From Actinomycetota bacterium (GTDB lineage: Bacteria; Actinomycetota; Acidimicrobiia; IMCC26256; VFJJ01): DNA of 53,068 nucleotides. Location: the NCBI GenBank assembly GCA_009886115.1, contig VFJJ01000075.1, forward strand, positions 1-53,068, given 5' to 3'. Under the pieces are notes generated by a model. It worked only from the letters and a program-made list of their open reading frames with translations. It made no database searches and was not told the origin of the DNA. Shown in pieces: positions 1 to 9,836 of this stretch. Position 1 is the first letter of the stretch; each line of letters opens with the position of its first letter. A program made the position numbers and the translations under genes.

Positions 1-71
1 CTCCTGGCGTGCATCAAGGGATCTGCGACCCAGGTCGATCCTGACCGCATGAGCTTCCTGAGGGTGTCGGG

Positions 72-782
72 GTGAGCACGTCGAGACGGGTGCATGCGGC
101 GCGGTCGACGGGCCGGGCGACGGCGCGCAGGCTGGCCGTGGGGTTGGTCGCGATGGCCGCTGTGGGGGCGTGGCCCGCTTCGGCTGCCTACGCAGAGAGC
201 TGTTTCGATCTGGACTTCAACGTGGTGTCCTGCGATCCTGCCGACCCTCCTGCACCCACTCCGCCCAGCCCGCCGGCGCCTGCTCCTCCGCCTCCCGCGC
301 CGACACCCCCGGCCCCCCCGATCCCGCCCCCGCCGAGCCCGGGCACCCGACCGCCGACCACCCCGCCGCCGCCGGCGAGCCCCGGGGCTCCTCCGGCCAC
401 CTTCGTCGACCCCGGAGCCACCAGCCCAACGGTCGCGACGGTCGCGACGGCGCCGACGACCGTCACGACCGCGGCCGCGCCCTCGACGGTTCCGGCGACG
501 ACTGTGGTCACCGTGTCGGCGTTGGAGGCAACGCCGATGATGGAAACGACCGCGCCCCCTCCGAGCGCCCAGGCGACGGTCGATGACGACACATCGCAGG
601 CGGCCGACGGTGACGTGACTCCGGGCACCTCGCTGAGCCGGACGCTCGAAGCGGTACCGGCGTCGTCGACGACCGACCACCCCGGTCAGGCTCAGACCTT
701 GCTGCTCGTGGCGGGCTTGTTCCTCAGCGGGGGTATCGCCGTCGAGGTGGCGTTCAACGTCCGTGAGCGCCGATACCGCTGA
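72..782 (+). CDS. Secreted Pro/Thr-rich surface protein with C-terminal membrane anchor
   Basis: Signal peptide ending AYA, short CFDLDFNVVSC motif, poly-Pro then Thr/Ala-rich stalk, hydrophobic C-terminal helix followed by RERRYR. Confidence 0.7.
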   Translation: MSTSRRVHAARSTGRATARRLAVGLVAMAAVGAWPASAAYAESCFDLDFNVVSCDPADPPAPTPPSPPAPAPPPPAPTPPAPPIPPPPSPGTRPPTTPPPPASPGAPPATFVDPGATSPTVATVATAPTTVTTAAAPSTVPATTVVTVSALEATPMMETTAPPPSAQATVDDDTSQAADGDVTPGTSLSRTLEAVPASSTTDHPGQAQTLLLVAGLFLSGGIAVEVAFNVRERRYR

Positions 783-820
783 CTTCCTCGCTGGTGGGGC
801 CCTGCCCTCCAGGCATCCCG

Positions 821-2560
821 TCAGAGCGGATGGGGGACCCCTACCGCCGGGTGGACGGTGACGGTGCCGTGGGTGCCGTCGACGGTGATGGTGGTGCCGT
901 CGGCGATGGTGGAGGATGCTCCGAGCACGCTGACGACGGTCGGTATCCCGAGCTCCCGGGCGATGATCGCGGCGTGGCTCTGTTGGGCGCCGACATCGAC
1001 GACGACCCCGGCCACCGCCAGGAACAGCGGTGTCCACGCGGGGTCGGTGAGCGGCGCGACCAAGATGTCGCCCGGCTCGAGCGCCCCGGGCGCTGACGGA
1101 TCGGTGATGACCCGGGCCGGGCCGGTCGCCGTGCCGGGACACACCCCCATGCCGGTCAACATCCGCGGTGTGGCATCGAGCGAACGCCCCTGCGAACGGA
1201 GGGGCCACGTGTCGGGCGGCGGAACCTGGCCTTCGAACCAGAACGGGGGCACACGCGCCTGGAGCTCGTCGCGCACGGCCCGTCGCTCGGCGAGCGTGCC
1301 CGCCGATGCGTGAGGATCCCGGACGAACCGGGGTAGCTCGTCGATGGTGAGCAGGAAGAGCTCGGCCCGGTCGATCCGGTGACGCCGCGCCAGCTCCCTG
1401 AGCGCGAGACGGGCCGGTTCCAGGCACCGCACGAACGTTGCCTTGGTCGCCTCGCGGGCTGCGGCGTGCAGCGCTGCGCTCAGAAGCGCTCGACGGAGCA
1501 TCGCACGGCGAGGACCGCGCACGCGCGCCATCGTCTCGCGGGTCGCCTCGGTCCGTCCGGCTGCGAGCCGTTCCCGGGCCCGGATCGGGTCGCGATCATC
1601 GGGGGCATGCCTGAGCCGATCGATCGCGGCCAGGGCGATCCCAGGATCGGTGGCCCAGGTTGCCGAGGCGAGCTCCCATTCGTCCGGTCCCCGCGATCCG
1701 TGCTCCGACAGGAACCTGTCGAACGCGACCAGGAACTCTGACGTGGCCTGGCGCCCAGGGTGCCCGTCACGCAGGTGGGCGCGCAGTCGGGCGTCGAGCC
1801 CGTCGACGCCACCGTCGAAGGCCCGGGTCAGCTCAGTGGCCGCCGCCACCGTCCGGCCCAGCCGCCACAGCCCGAACGCCGGCTCGGCCGACTCGATGGT
1901 GCCGAGGCCGGCAGTGAGCCGGTTGACGAGCGACGCATCGACGAAGCCATCGGTGAGGCGCTCGAGGACTGCACGTGACACCGACGCGAACATGCTGACG
2001 CGCAGCAGCCGCTCCATCATCTCCTCGAACTTCGGAGGCAGCCGCTTCGCGATCTCGATGAGCTGATCGTCGTCGGCTCCGGTGATCGGCGGCAGGGAAG
2101 CGATCCATGCGGCGGCCGCGGCCCGATCGCGTTCGACGATCCCGCGGTCGGGACGCAGGATCGACCACGTGGAGCTGTTCCCGAGCCGCACGGTGCAGCG
2201 CATGCTGCGGTCGTCACGCCGGGCCACGTAGGGCGGCGCGTCGCTCAGGCCGAAGAGCTGCTGGTCGACGTCGGCGATGGTCATGCCGGGCGCACGGAAC
2301 GCGCTGACCCGCATCATCGAGACGTTGCCGTACAGGTAGCCGCCGAACACGCCGGTGATCGCGCCATCGCTGTCGTCGATGTGCGATCGGGAGAGGCATC
2401 CGAGGCCGACCAACGCGGCTTCCTGGCTCCGACGGGCCGCGCCGGTTATCAGCGAGCCGGTGAGCGGCGTCACCACGTTGGGGAAGACCTCGCCCATGTT
2501 TCCCCGTCCGTACAGGGGGAACACCCGGCTCGGCTCCTGATCGATCACCGTGTAGCGCAT
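821..2560 (-). CDS. PEP-utilizing enzyme mobile (His-swivel) domain protein, lacking an ATP-grasp domain
   Basis: C-terminal GDILVAPLTDPAWTPLF...SHAAIIARELGIP; N-terminal RGNMGEVFPNVVTPL typical of rifampin-phosphotransferase/Rv2047c-like substrate domains. Confidence 0.85.
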   Translation of the reverse strand: MRYTVIDQEPSRVFPLYGRGNMGEVFPNVVTPLTGSLITGAARRSQEAALVGLGCLSRSHIDDSDGAITGVFGGYLYGNVSMMRVSAFRAPGMTIADVDQQLFGLSDAPPYVARRDDRSMRCTVRLGNSSTWSILRPDRGIVERDRAAAAAWIASLPPITGADDDQLIEIAKRLPPKFEEMMERLLRVSMFASVSRAVLERLTDGFVDASLVNRLTAGLGTIESAEPAFGLWRLGRTVAAATELTRAFDGGVDGLDARLRAHLRDGHPGRQATSEFLVAFDRFLSEHGSRGPDEWELASATWATDPGIALAAIDRLRHAPDDRDPIRARERLAAGRTEATRETMARVRGPRRAMLRRALLSAALHAAAREATKATFVRCLEPARLALRELARRHRIDRAELFLLTIDELPRFVRDPHASAGTLAERRAVRDELQARVPPFWFEGQVPPPDTWPLRSQGRSLDATPRMLTGMGVCPGTATGPARVITDPSAPGALEPGDILVAPLTDPAWTPLFLAVAGVVVDVGAQQSHAAIIARELGIPTVVSVLGASSTIADGTTITVDGTHGTVTVHPAVGVPHPL

Positions 2561-2886
2561 TTCTGCCTCCCCGCAGCTCGCTCGGGCGGCGCGGCCCGGC
2601 GCGGGCCGACACCTCGACTGTCGTCCGTCGCCTGAAACAACAGACGTCCCCCTCCCAGGATCGGGTGACGCGAGGTCGCCGGAGTCGCCCTGGTCGGTGG
2701 GCCGACCTCAGGCCGTCGTGGTGGCCGGCGCCGGGGTGGCCCCTCGTTCCGACGGGCCCCGAGCATGGGCGCGTCGACCGGCGACGAGCAGATGGTCGCC
2801 GTCGGGCTGTCCCTGGCGGAAGTACCGTGGCCCCACGTGCGAGCCGTCTCCACGACGACGCAGAGAGAGCCGGGTACGGGGTGCGT

Positions 2887-3909
2887 ATGCGACGACGACG
2901 GATCGGCATCGTGGGAGGGTTCATCGTCGCCGTGTCCGGGTCGTTGGTCGGTGTGGCGCAGGCTGCCGCACCGCCGAACCCCGGCGACTCGCGGAACTGC
3001 TCGGATTTCGCGAACTGGACGGCGACCAACACCTTCTACTGGACCTACTACGGCCTGTACGGCGACGTCGCCCAACTCGACGTCGACGGCGACCGCATCG
3101 CCTGCGAGACCCAAACCGGCGCCCCGGCCGCGGCGCAGCTGCCGGCGCCCGTCGCCAACGCCGGCTACTGGATGCTCGAAGGCGCCAACAGCCAGGTGTA
3201 CGGCTTCGGCGACGCCTACGCCTCGCCCAAGACGCCGGGCCCGACGGTTGCCATCGCGGCGGCACCCGCAGGCGGGTATCTGGTGCTGGCAGCGAGCGGC
3301 AAGGTGAGCACGCACTTCGCCACCTGGTTCGGCGACGTCGACACGTCGAGCCTGGCCGCCGGCGAGATGCTCACCTCGATCGCCGGCAAGCCCGACGGGA
3401 CCGGTTACTGGGTGTTCACCAACCGGGGACGGGCCATCCCGTTCGGCTCGGCCACGTTCCACGGCGACATGCGCAGCGTCACCCTCAACGGCCCCGTGGT
3501 CGCCTCGACCTCCACCCCCACCGGGCTCGGGTACTGGATGGTCGGCGCCGACGGCGGCATCTTCACCTTCGGCGACGCCACCTTCTCGGGCAGCACCGGG
3601 AGCTTCGTGCTCAACCAGCCCGTCGTGGGGATCGCCCCCGATCCCGACGGTACCGGGTACTGGCTCGTCGCCGCCGACGGCGGGATCTTCGCCTTCGCGG
3701 CGCCGTTCCGCGGTTCGCTCCCCGGCACCCTGCCGGCGGGTAGCCGCCTCAACCAGCCGGTGATCGGCGCCCTCGCCTACGGCAACGGGTATCTGATGGT
3801 CGCCAGCGACGGTGGCATCTTCAACTTCAGCGACAAGCCGTTCCTTGGCAGCCTCGGCGACGCCCCGCCCGTCAACCCCATCGTCGGCGTGGCGGTCTGG
3901 CGCAGCTAG
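2887..3909 (+). CDS. Secreted protein: Excalibur-like Ca-binding domain plus GYWLVAxDGGIF repeats
   Basis: Signal peptide MRRRRIG...AQA; NCSDF...LDVDGDRIACE motif; about 5 repeats of GYW(L/M)V.xDGGIF.FG. Confidence 0.8.
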   Translation: MRRRRIGIVGGFIVAVSGSLVGVAQAAAPPNPGDSRNCSDFANWTATNTFYWTYYGLYGDVAQLDVDGDRIACETQTGAPAAAQLPAPVANAGYWMLEGANSQVYGFGDAYASPKTPGPTVAIAAAPAGGYLVLAASGKVSTHFATWFGDVDTSSLAAGEMLTSIAGKPDGTGYWVFTNRGRAIPFGSATFHGDMRSVTLNGPVVASTSTPTGLGYWMVGADGGIFTFGDATFSGSTGSFVLNQPVVGIAPDPDGTGYWLVAADGGIFAFAAPFRGSLPGTLPAGSRLNQPVIGALAYGNGYLMVASDGGIFNFSDKPFLGSLGDAPPVNPIVGVAVWRS

Positions 3910-3928
3910 ATCAACGAGATCAAGGCGC

Positions 3929-5170
3929 TCAGGCGCCCGAACGGGCTCCGGCCGAGAACTCCACCGGAAGGTGCTTGATCCCGTTGATGAAGTTGGACCG
4001 GAGGCGCTTCGCCTCTCCGGCCTGACGGATGTCGGGAAGACGGCGGAGCATCTCCTCGAACATCACACGGATCTCCATGCGGGCCAGGTTGGCGCCGAGG
4101 CAGAAGTGCGGCCCCCCGCCACCGAAGGCCACGTGGTCGTTGGGGGTGCGAGCCACGTCGAAGCGGAACGGGTCGTCGAAGACGTCCTCGTCGCGGTTCG
4201 CCGAGATGTACCAGATGAGAACCTTGTCGCCCTCGGCGATGTGCTCGCCACGCAGCTCGTAGTCGCGTGTGGCCGTCCGCCGGAAGTGCATCACCGGCGT
4301 TCCCCAGCGCAGCATCTCCTCGACAGCTGAGTCGATGAGGCCGGGGTCGGCGAGCAGGCGCGCCCACTGGTCGGGGTTCTCGAAGAACGCCAACATGGCG
4401 TGGCTGATCAGGTTGCGGGTGGTCTCGCTCCCGGCAACCGACAAGAGCATGAAGAACAGGTCGAACTCGAGCTCCGAGAGTTGGTGACGATCGCCTTCGA
4501 AGTCGATCTCGGCGCTCAACAGGGTGCTGATGATGTCGTCGGTCGGGTTCTTGCGCTTCTCGGCAGCCAGGGCGTTGGCGTAGACGTACATCTCGGTCCT
4601 GGCGTCGTTGGCTTCGTTCTCGCCGACCTGGTACTCGGGGTCCTCGCCGCCGATCATGGCGTTGGTCCAGTCGAAGATCTTGTGACGATCGTCGAGCGGG
4701 ACGCCCATGAGGTCGGCGATGGCCTGGAGCGGGAGCTCGGCCGCGATGTCGGTGACGAGGTCGCACTCGCCGCGCTCGATGACCTCGTCGACGATCGTGC
4801 GGGCGCGATCGACGATCGTCGACTGGAGCTTGCCGATCATCCGGGGCGTGAAGCCCTTGTTCACGAGCAACCGGTAGCGGGTATGACGTGACGGGTCCAT
4901 GTACAGCATCAGCAACGAGATGCCCGCGGCCTCCTCGGGGGACGGATCCCAGAGCTGGGCGGTCGGCGACGACGAGAACGTCTCCCAGTCGCGGTTGATC
5001 GTGCACACGTCGGCGTGCTTGGTGACGACCCAGAACCCGGGGCCCCCGGGCTCTTCGTGCCAGGCCACCGGGGCATCGTGGCGCAGACGGGTGAACGCGT
5101 CGTGGGGCACGCCGGGCACGTAGGTGTCGGGGCTGTAGAGATCGATCCCGGCCGGTTGGGTCTTCGCCAT
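3929..5170 (-). CDS. Cytochrome P450, CYP125/CYP142-like (steroid side-chain oxidase family)
   Basis: I-helix AGSETT, EMLR (ExxR), heme motif FGGGGPHFCLG, C-terminal RLRSNFINGIKHLPV. Confidence 0.93.
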   Translation of the reverse strand: MAKTQPAGIDLYSPDTYVPGVPHDAFTRLRHDAPVAWHEEPGGPGFWVVTKHADVCTINRDWETFSSSPTAQLWDPSPEEAAGISLLMLYMDPSRHTRYRLLVNKGFTPRMIGKLQSTIVDRARTIVDEVIERGECDLVTDIAAELPLQAIADLMGVPLDDRHKIFDWTNAMIGGEDPEYQVGENEANDARTEMYVYANALAAEKRKNPTDDIISTLLSAEIDFEGDRHQLSELEFDLFFMLLSVAGSETTRNLISHAMLAFFENPDQWARLLADPGLIDSAVEEMLRWGTPVMHFRRTATRDYELRGEHIAEGDKVLIWYISANRDEDVFDDPFRFDVARTPNDHVAFGGGGPHFCLGANLARMEIRVMFEEMLRRLPDIRQAGEAKRLRSNFINGIKHLPVEFSAGARSGA

Positions 5171-5219
5171 AGTTCTTCTGTCTCCACGAGGTTGGCGACG
5201 GACCCCGTGGGTCCGAAGA

Positions 5220-5233
5220 TAGAACCAATTCTA
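5220..5233. promoter_or_regulatory. Candidate KstR operator
   Basis: TAGAACCAATTCTA, one mismatch to TnnAACnnGTTnnA, 50 bp upstream of the P450 start; an AT-rich palindrome in GC-rich DNA. Confidence 0.65.
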
Positions 5234-5396
5234 GTCGGGTGCCCCGCGGAGGGTTGCCCTCGGTGAGGCCACGATCGACCCCGGTCAGGGACCCCCGCTG
5301 GGTCTGCCAGACTTCGTGTGTCGGAAGAGAGCGTGGCACCCAGGGTGTGGGGGTCCGACCCGGCGGGCAGTGACCACGTCTTCCCCGAGGAGAATC

Positions 5397-7061
5397 ATGA
5401 GACGACGCATGATCGCCCTTCTTGGCGTGCTGGCGCTGACCATCGCCTCGTGCGGTGGCGGGGGCGACGACTCGGCCGCTCGCGACGAGGACACGGAGAC
5501 CACCGACGAGGACGATGGTGGGTCGCGACGGACCACGAGGTCGGCTGATGACGGGGGTGGCGCCGACCGTGGCGGCGATGTCGAGGCCTACTGCGAATTG
5601 AAGGCCGAAGGCGACGCGCTCGAGACGGCCCTGGGCGACGAGCCGACACCCGAGGCGTTCGAGGACTACCTCGGTGAGCAGCGGGCGCTGATCGAGCAGG
5701 CGCTCGATGTGGTGCCCGACGAGATCGCCGACGAGCTGCAGGAGAACGTCGACGCGTTCGACGAGGTGGCCGAGGCTGCCCAAGACGCTGGCTTCGACGT
5801 CACCGATCCCGACCTCATCGACACGCTGAACGACATCTCCGACCGGCTGGCTGACAACGCCACGGCGCTCGACGACTTCGCCGACGAGAACTGTGACGAC
5901 GACACCAGCGGGGGCGGTGGCACCAGCGGTGGCGGTGGCAGCGGGGGCTTCTCGACGTCGTCGACCGTGCCCGGCGCGGATCCCGAGCCGGCGCCCGACG
6001 GGGACGTGGTCGCCTACTGCGCGGCGGTCACGGCCTCGGCCGCCCTGATCCTGCCCGACGACCCGTCGCCCCGGCAGTTCAAGCAATACCTCCTCACGCA
6101 AGAAGCCCTCGTGCTCGACGCGTTCGTCAGCGTTCCCAACGAGATCCTCGACGAGTACACGCTGTTCTTCCAAGCGTTCAGCGAACTGATCGCCGCAGCC
6201 GACGAGGCCGAGTTCGACATCGCCGATCCTGCGGTGCTCGAGGCGGTCAATGCACTCACCGCCGACGCGGGAATCGTCGCGGTCACCGAGACGGTCGATG
6301 CGTTCAACACGACGAACTGCGACGGCGACATCGCAGCCGGCGATGACGGTGATCCGCTGGCCCTGTGCGCCGCCGACGAGAGTCTCAACGTGCTGTTCGA
6401 CGCCTTCTTCTCGGCGGACGATCCCTTCGAGGTCGAGGCCTCGCTGGACGGCCTGATCGTGCTGCTCAGCGAGACGGTCCTCAACGCTCCCACCGAGGTG
6501 CGCCCCGACGTCGAGACCTTCCTCGCCGTGTTCGAGGGCCTCGACGAGGAAGCCGCGCTCTTGGGCTACGACCTCGACGATCCCGAGCTGCTGGAGATCG
6601 TCGACGCGATATTCGGCGGTCCGCTCGTGCTCGAAGCGAGCGACAACCTCGCGACCTGGGTCGGCGCCAACTGCGACACCGGTGTCGGCGACACCGGCGC
6701 CGACCTGGAGCCCATCGTCATCCTGTGCTCGGGTGGGAACCTCTTCGCCTGCGACGTGTTGTTCACGACCTCCGACATCGCCTCCGAGCAGGAAGCCCTG
6801 GCGCTGGCGTGCGGCGGCAGCTCCATGGTGGCCGACGGTGGCGAGTGCTTCGACGAGTCCCCGTTCCTGCGCACCGGTGACAGCCCCGAGATGGACGCCG
6901 TCACCGACCTCTGCGTTGCCGGCAACGGCCAGGCCTGTTACGGCCTGTACATCAACTCGGCCATCGGCTCCGACTATGAGCTCATCGGCGCCACGTGCGA
7001 CTTCAAGCAGAACGAGGGCGATGATCCGTTCAACTGTGTGACCGGCGACTTCGGCACGTGA
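5397..7061 (+). CDS. Very acidic lipoprotein with three Cys-bracketed helical modules and two C-terminal Cys-rich repeats (paralog 1)
   Basis: [28 protein letters not shown] lipobox, D/E-rich, repeated (Y/L)C...P.E(I/V)...NC modules. Confidence 0.85.
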   Translation: MRRRMIALLGVLALTIASCGGGGDDSAARDEDTETTDEDDGGSRRTTRSADDGGGADRGGDVEAYCELKAEGDALETALGDEPTPEAFEDYLGEQRALIEQALDVVPDEIADELQENVDAFDEVAEAAQDAGFDVTDPDLIDTLNDISDRLADNATALDDFADENCDDDTSGGGGTSGGGGSGGFSTSSTVPGADPEPAPDGDVVAYCAAVTASAALILPDDPSPRQFKQYLLTQEALVLDAFVSVPNEILDEYTLFFQAFSELIAAADEAEFDIADPAVLEAVNALTADAGIVAVTETVDAFNTTNCDGDIAAGDDGDPLALCAADESLNVLFDAFFSADDPFEVEASLDGLIVLLSETVLNAPTEVRPDVETFLAVFEGLDEEAALLGYDLDDPELLEIVDAIFGGPLVLEASDNLATWVGANCDTGVGDTGADLEPIVILCSGGNLFACDVLFTTSDIASEQEALALACGGSSMVADGGECFDESPFLRTGDSPEMDAVTDLCVAGNGQACYGLYINSAIGSDYELIGATCDFKQNEGDDPFNCVTGDFGT

Positions 7062-7067
7062 GCCGAG

Positions 7068-7117
7068 CCAGCAGTACCAGCAGTACCAGCAGTACCAGCA
7101 GTACCAGCAGTACCAGC
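7068..7117. repeat. Intergenic 9-bp tandem repeat (CCAGCAGTA) x5.5
   Basis: Five perfect copies plus CCAGC between the two lipoprotein genes. Confidence 0.95.
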
Positions 7118-7153
7118 TGCGACCGCCGTGAGCCCACTTCCCTGAGGAGACCC

Positions 7154-8761
7154 ATGAGACGCCGATTGATCGCCCTGCTGGGCGTGCTGGCCCTGACCGT
7201 CGCCGCCTGCGGCGGTGGCGATGACGACACCAACGCCGGCAGCGAGACCGAGAACACCGACGACAGCGGTTCGTCGCGTCGAACCCAGAACACCGACGAC
7301 GAGCCCGATGAGGGCGATGTCGACGAGTTCTGTCAGCTGAACGCCGAGGCTGACGCTCTCGGGGACGAGCTGTCCGACGAGGCCAGCCCGGACGAGTTCG
7401 AGGAGTTCCTCGACGCTCAGCGGGAGCTGATCGACCAAGGCCGCGATGTCGTTCCCGCAGAGATCGCCGACGATTTCGACGACTTCGCCAACGGATACGA
7501 CGCGATCGTCGAGGCGGCCGCCGATGCCGACTTCGATATCACCGACGAGGCCTTCAACGACGAAGCCGAAGTCATCTCTGAGGGTTTCGCCGACGCCGCC
7601 GACGTGCTCGACGAGTTCGAGGCCGACAACTGCGAGACCGACGAGCCGGCGACGACCCAGCCGGAGCCCGAAACGACGGTACGGGCGTCGACGGGTGACC
7701 TGGTGGCGTACTGCGCCGCCGAGACCGCTGCGGCGGCGCTCACCCTGCCCGACGACCCGACACCCCGCCAGCTCAAGCAGTACCTGCTGACCCAGGAGGA
7801 CCTGGTCGAAGAAGCGCGGGCCAACGTACCTGCCGAGATCGCCGCCGAGTACGACGTGGTCGCCAGTACCCTCGACCTGCTCCTGCAGTTCGCCGACGAG
7901 TCCGGCTATGACATCAACGAAGAGCCGCTGGCCGGGTTCCTCGAAGCCGCGGCCGCCGACGAAAGTGTGGCCGAGGCCGACGAGTTGGTCGATGCCTTCG
8001 ACGCTGCCAACTGCGAGGGTGAACCGACGAGCGATGGTGAAGGCGATCCGCTGGCGTTGTGCGCAGCCGACGAGACCCTCAACCTCCTCGCCGACGACCT
8101 GTTCGCGACGGGCGATCCGGTCGACATCGAGAGCGCGTTCATCGCGCTGATCGTGACCCTCGAGCAGGCCGTCCTCGACGCACCCGCTGAGGTACGGCCC
8201 GACCTCGAGACCCTCCTGTCCGGGTTCATTTCACTCGAAGAGGCAGCAGCATCGTTCGGCTACGACCTGGCCGATCCCGACTTCCTGGCCGTGCTCGAGG
8301 CGATCTTCGAGGACCCGGCGTCCATCGAGGCGAGCGAGAACCTCGACACCTGGGTGGCCGCCAACTGCGATTCCGCCGAGCCTGTGGGTGGCGACGACGC
8401 AGGGCTGGATGAGATCGCCGGCCTGTGCTCGAGCGGCAACCTGTTCGCGTGCGACGTGCTCTACACCACGTCGGACTTCGGCTCCGAGCTCGAGAACCTG
8501 GCTCTGTCGTGTGGCGGCGACTCGATGCTCGGTACCGGAGGCGCCTGCTTCGACGAGAGCCCCTTCCTGGCCATCGGTGACAGCGCGGAGATGGACGCGA
8601 TCGGTGACCTCTGCGCGGCGGGGAACGGTCAGGCCTGCTATGGGTTGTACATCAACTCAGCCGTGGGTTCCGAGTACGAGGTCGTGGGCGGTACGTGTGC
8701 CTTCCAGCAGGAGGAGGGCGACGATCCGTTCAACTGCGTGACGGGTGACGTCGGGGCCTGA
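7154..8761 (+). CDS. Very acidic lipoprotein (paralog 2)
   Basis: [28 protein letters not shown] lipobox; collinear with paralog 1 ([42 protein letters not shown]). Confidence 0.85.
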   Translation: MRRRLIALLGVLALTVAACGGGDDDTNAGSETENTDDSGSSRRTQNTDDEPDEGDVDEFCQLNAEADALGDELSDEASPDEFEEFLDAQRELIDQGRDVVPAEIADDFDDFANGYDAIVEAAADADFDITDEAFNDEAEVISEGFADAADVLDEFEADNCETDEPATTQPEPETTVRASTGDLVAYCAAETAAAALTLPDDPTPRQLKQYLLTQEDLVEEARANVPAEIAAEYDVVASTLDLLLQFADESGYDINEEPLAGFLEAAAADESVAEADELVDAFDAANCEGEPTSDGEGDPLALCAADETLNLLADDLFATGDPVDIESAFIALIVTLEQAVLDAPAEVRPDLETLLSGFISLEEAAASFGYDLADPDFLAVLEAIFEDPASIEASENLDTWVAANCDSAEPVGGDDAGLDEIAGLCSSGNLFACDVLYTTSDFGSELENLALSCGGDSMLGTGGACFDESPFLAIGDSAEMDAIGDLCAAGNGQACYGLYINSAVGSEYEVVGGTCAFQQEEGDDPFNCVTGDVGA

Positions 8762-8803
8762 GCCGAGGCCCGCCCTCACCCGCGCGACCATCAGCCACCG
8801 TTC

Positions 8804-8839
8804 CGCCGAGAGGGAAGCGACGCCGCTTCCCTCTCGGCG
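8804..8839 (+). terminator. Strong hairpin, likely terminator of the lipoprotein pair
   Basis: Perfect 16-bp stem CGCCGAGAGGGAAGCG-acgc-CGCTTCCCTCTCGGCG, 42 bp after the stop; no U-tract. Confidence 0.7.
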
Positions 8840-9024
8840 CGTCACGTCACTCGCCGCTGAATCGGCGACCTGCGAGATCGGCTCCTGGGACCCACCGCCG
8901 AGGTCCACCGCCGATACCCGCTGCCGCTCCCCACCGCCGATATGACAGCGCGAACGGGCACGCCGTAGGTTGCCGCGATCTCGGGTGGCCCTCTGGCGAC
9001 CCACCGCGACCGACCGAGGATTCG

Positions 9025-9831
9025 ATGCCCCCCCACGCCATCGTCGAGCGCGACGACCACGTGCTCACCGTCACGCTCAACCGGCCGCATCGCTACAACG
9101 CGATCACCGGAGCCATGCTCGCTCGCATGGTCGATGCCTTCGTCGAGGCCTCGAACGACGACGGCATCCGGGCGATCATCCTCACCGGAGCGGGCGGGAA
9201 CTTCTGCTCGGGCGCCGATCTGAAGGCGATGAGCGGCGATCCCGGCGACGACGCCGACGACGAGATCGATGTCCCCGCCCGCATGGCCGCCGATCCCGAC
9301 CTGGCCTGGAAGGGGTTGCTGCGGAGCTATCGACCGACCAAGCCGATCATCCTCGCCGTCGAGGGCGTGGCGATCGCCGGTGGCACCGAGATCCTGCAGG
9401 CAACCGACATCAGGGTGGCGGGGGAGTCGGCCCGCTTCGGGGTGTCCGAAGCCCGCTGGTCGCTGTACCCCATGGGCGGCTCCGCGGTGCGGTTGCGTCG
9501 CCAGATCGCCTACACGCACGCCGCCGAGATCCTCCTCACAGGCAAGCACCTCACAGCACGCGAGGCCTTGGCGATCGGACTCGTCGGTCACGTGGTCCCC
9601 GACGGTCAGGCGTTGGCCAAGGCCCGCGAGATCGCCGCGGTCATCGCCGCCAACGGTCCGCTGGCCGTCGAAGCGATCCTCCGTACCCTGCACGAGACCG
9701 ACGGGATGACCGAGGCCGAGGCCCTGGCTCACGAGTTCGACTACGGCCAGGCGGTCTTCCGCTCGGAGGACTCCAAGGAAGGTCCGCTGGCGTTCGCCCA
9801 GAAGCGCACGCCGAGCTTCAAGCGCCGGTAG
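9025..9831 (+). CDS. echA19: Enoyl-CoA hydratase, EchA19-like
   Basis: [42 protein letters not shown] closely matches recalled mycobacterial EchA19. Confidence 0.88.
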   Translation: MPPHAIVERDDHVLTVTLNRPHRYNAITGAMLARMVDAFVEASNDDGIRAIILTGAGGNFCSGADLKAMSGDPGDDADDEIDVPARMAADPDLAWKGLLRSYRPTKPIILAVEGVAIAGGTEILQATDIRVAGESARFGVSEARWSLYPMGGSAVRLRRQIAYTHAAEILLTGKHLTAREALAIGLVGHVVPDGQALAKAREIAAVIAANGPLAVEAILRTLHETDGMTEAEALAHEFDYGQAVFRSEDSKEGPLAFAQKRTPSFKRR

Positions 9832-9836
9832 GGGCC

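Noticed and set aside
3906..6173. 755-aa minus-strand ORF and similar long ORFs (e.g. 10388-12346, 28159-30705, 42295-43626)
   Set aside because: Shadow frames of well-supported genes in high-GC DNA; no recognisable motifs
7068..7117. Possible CRISPR array among the short repeats
   Set aside because: Head-to-tail 9-21-bp units with no spacers and no cas genes in the window
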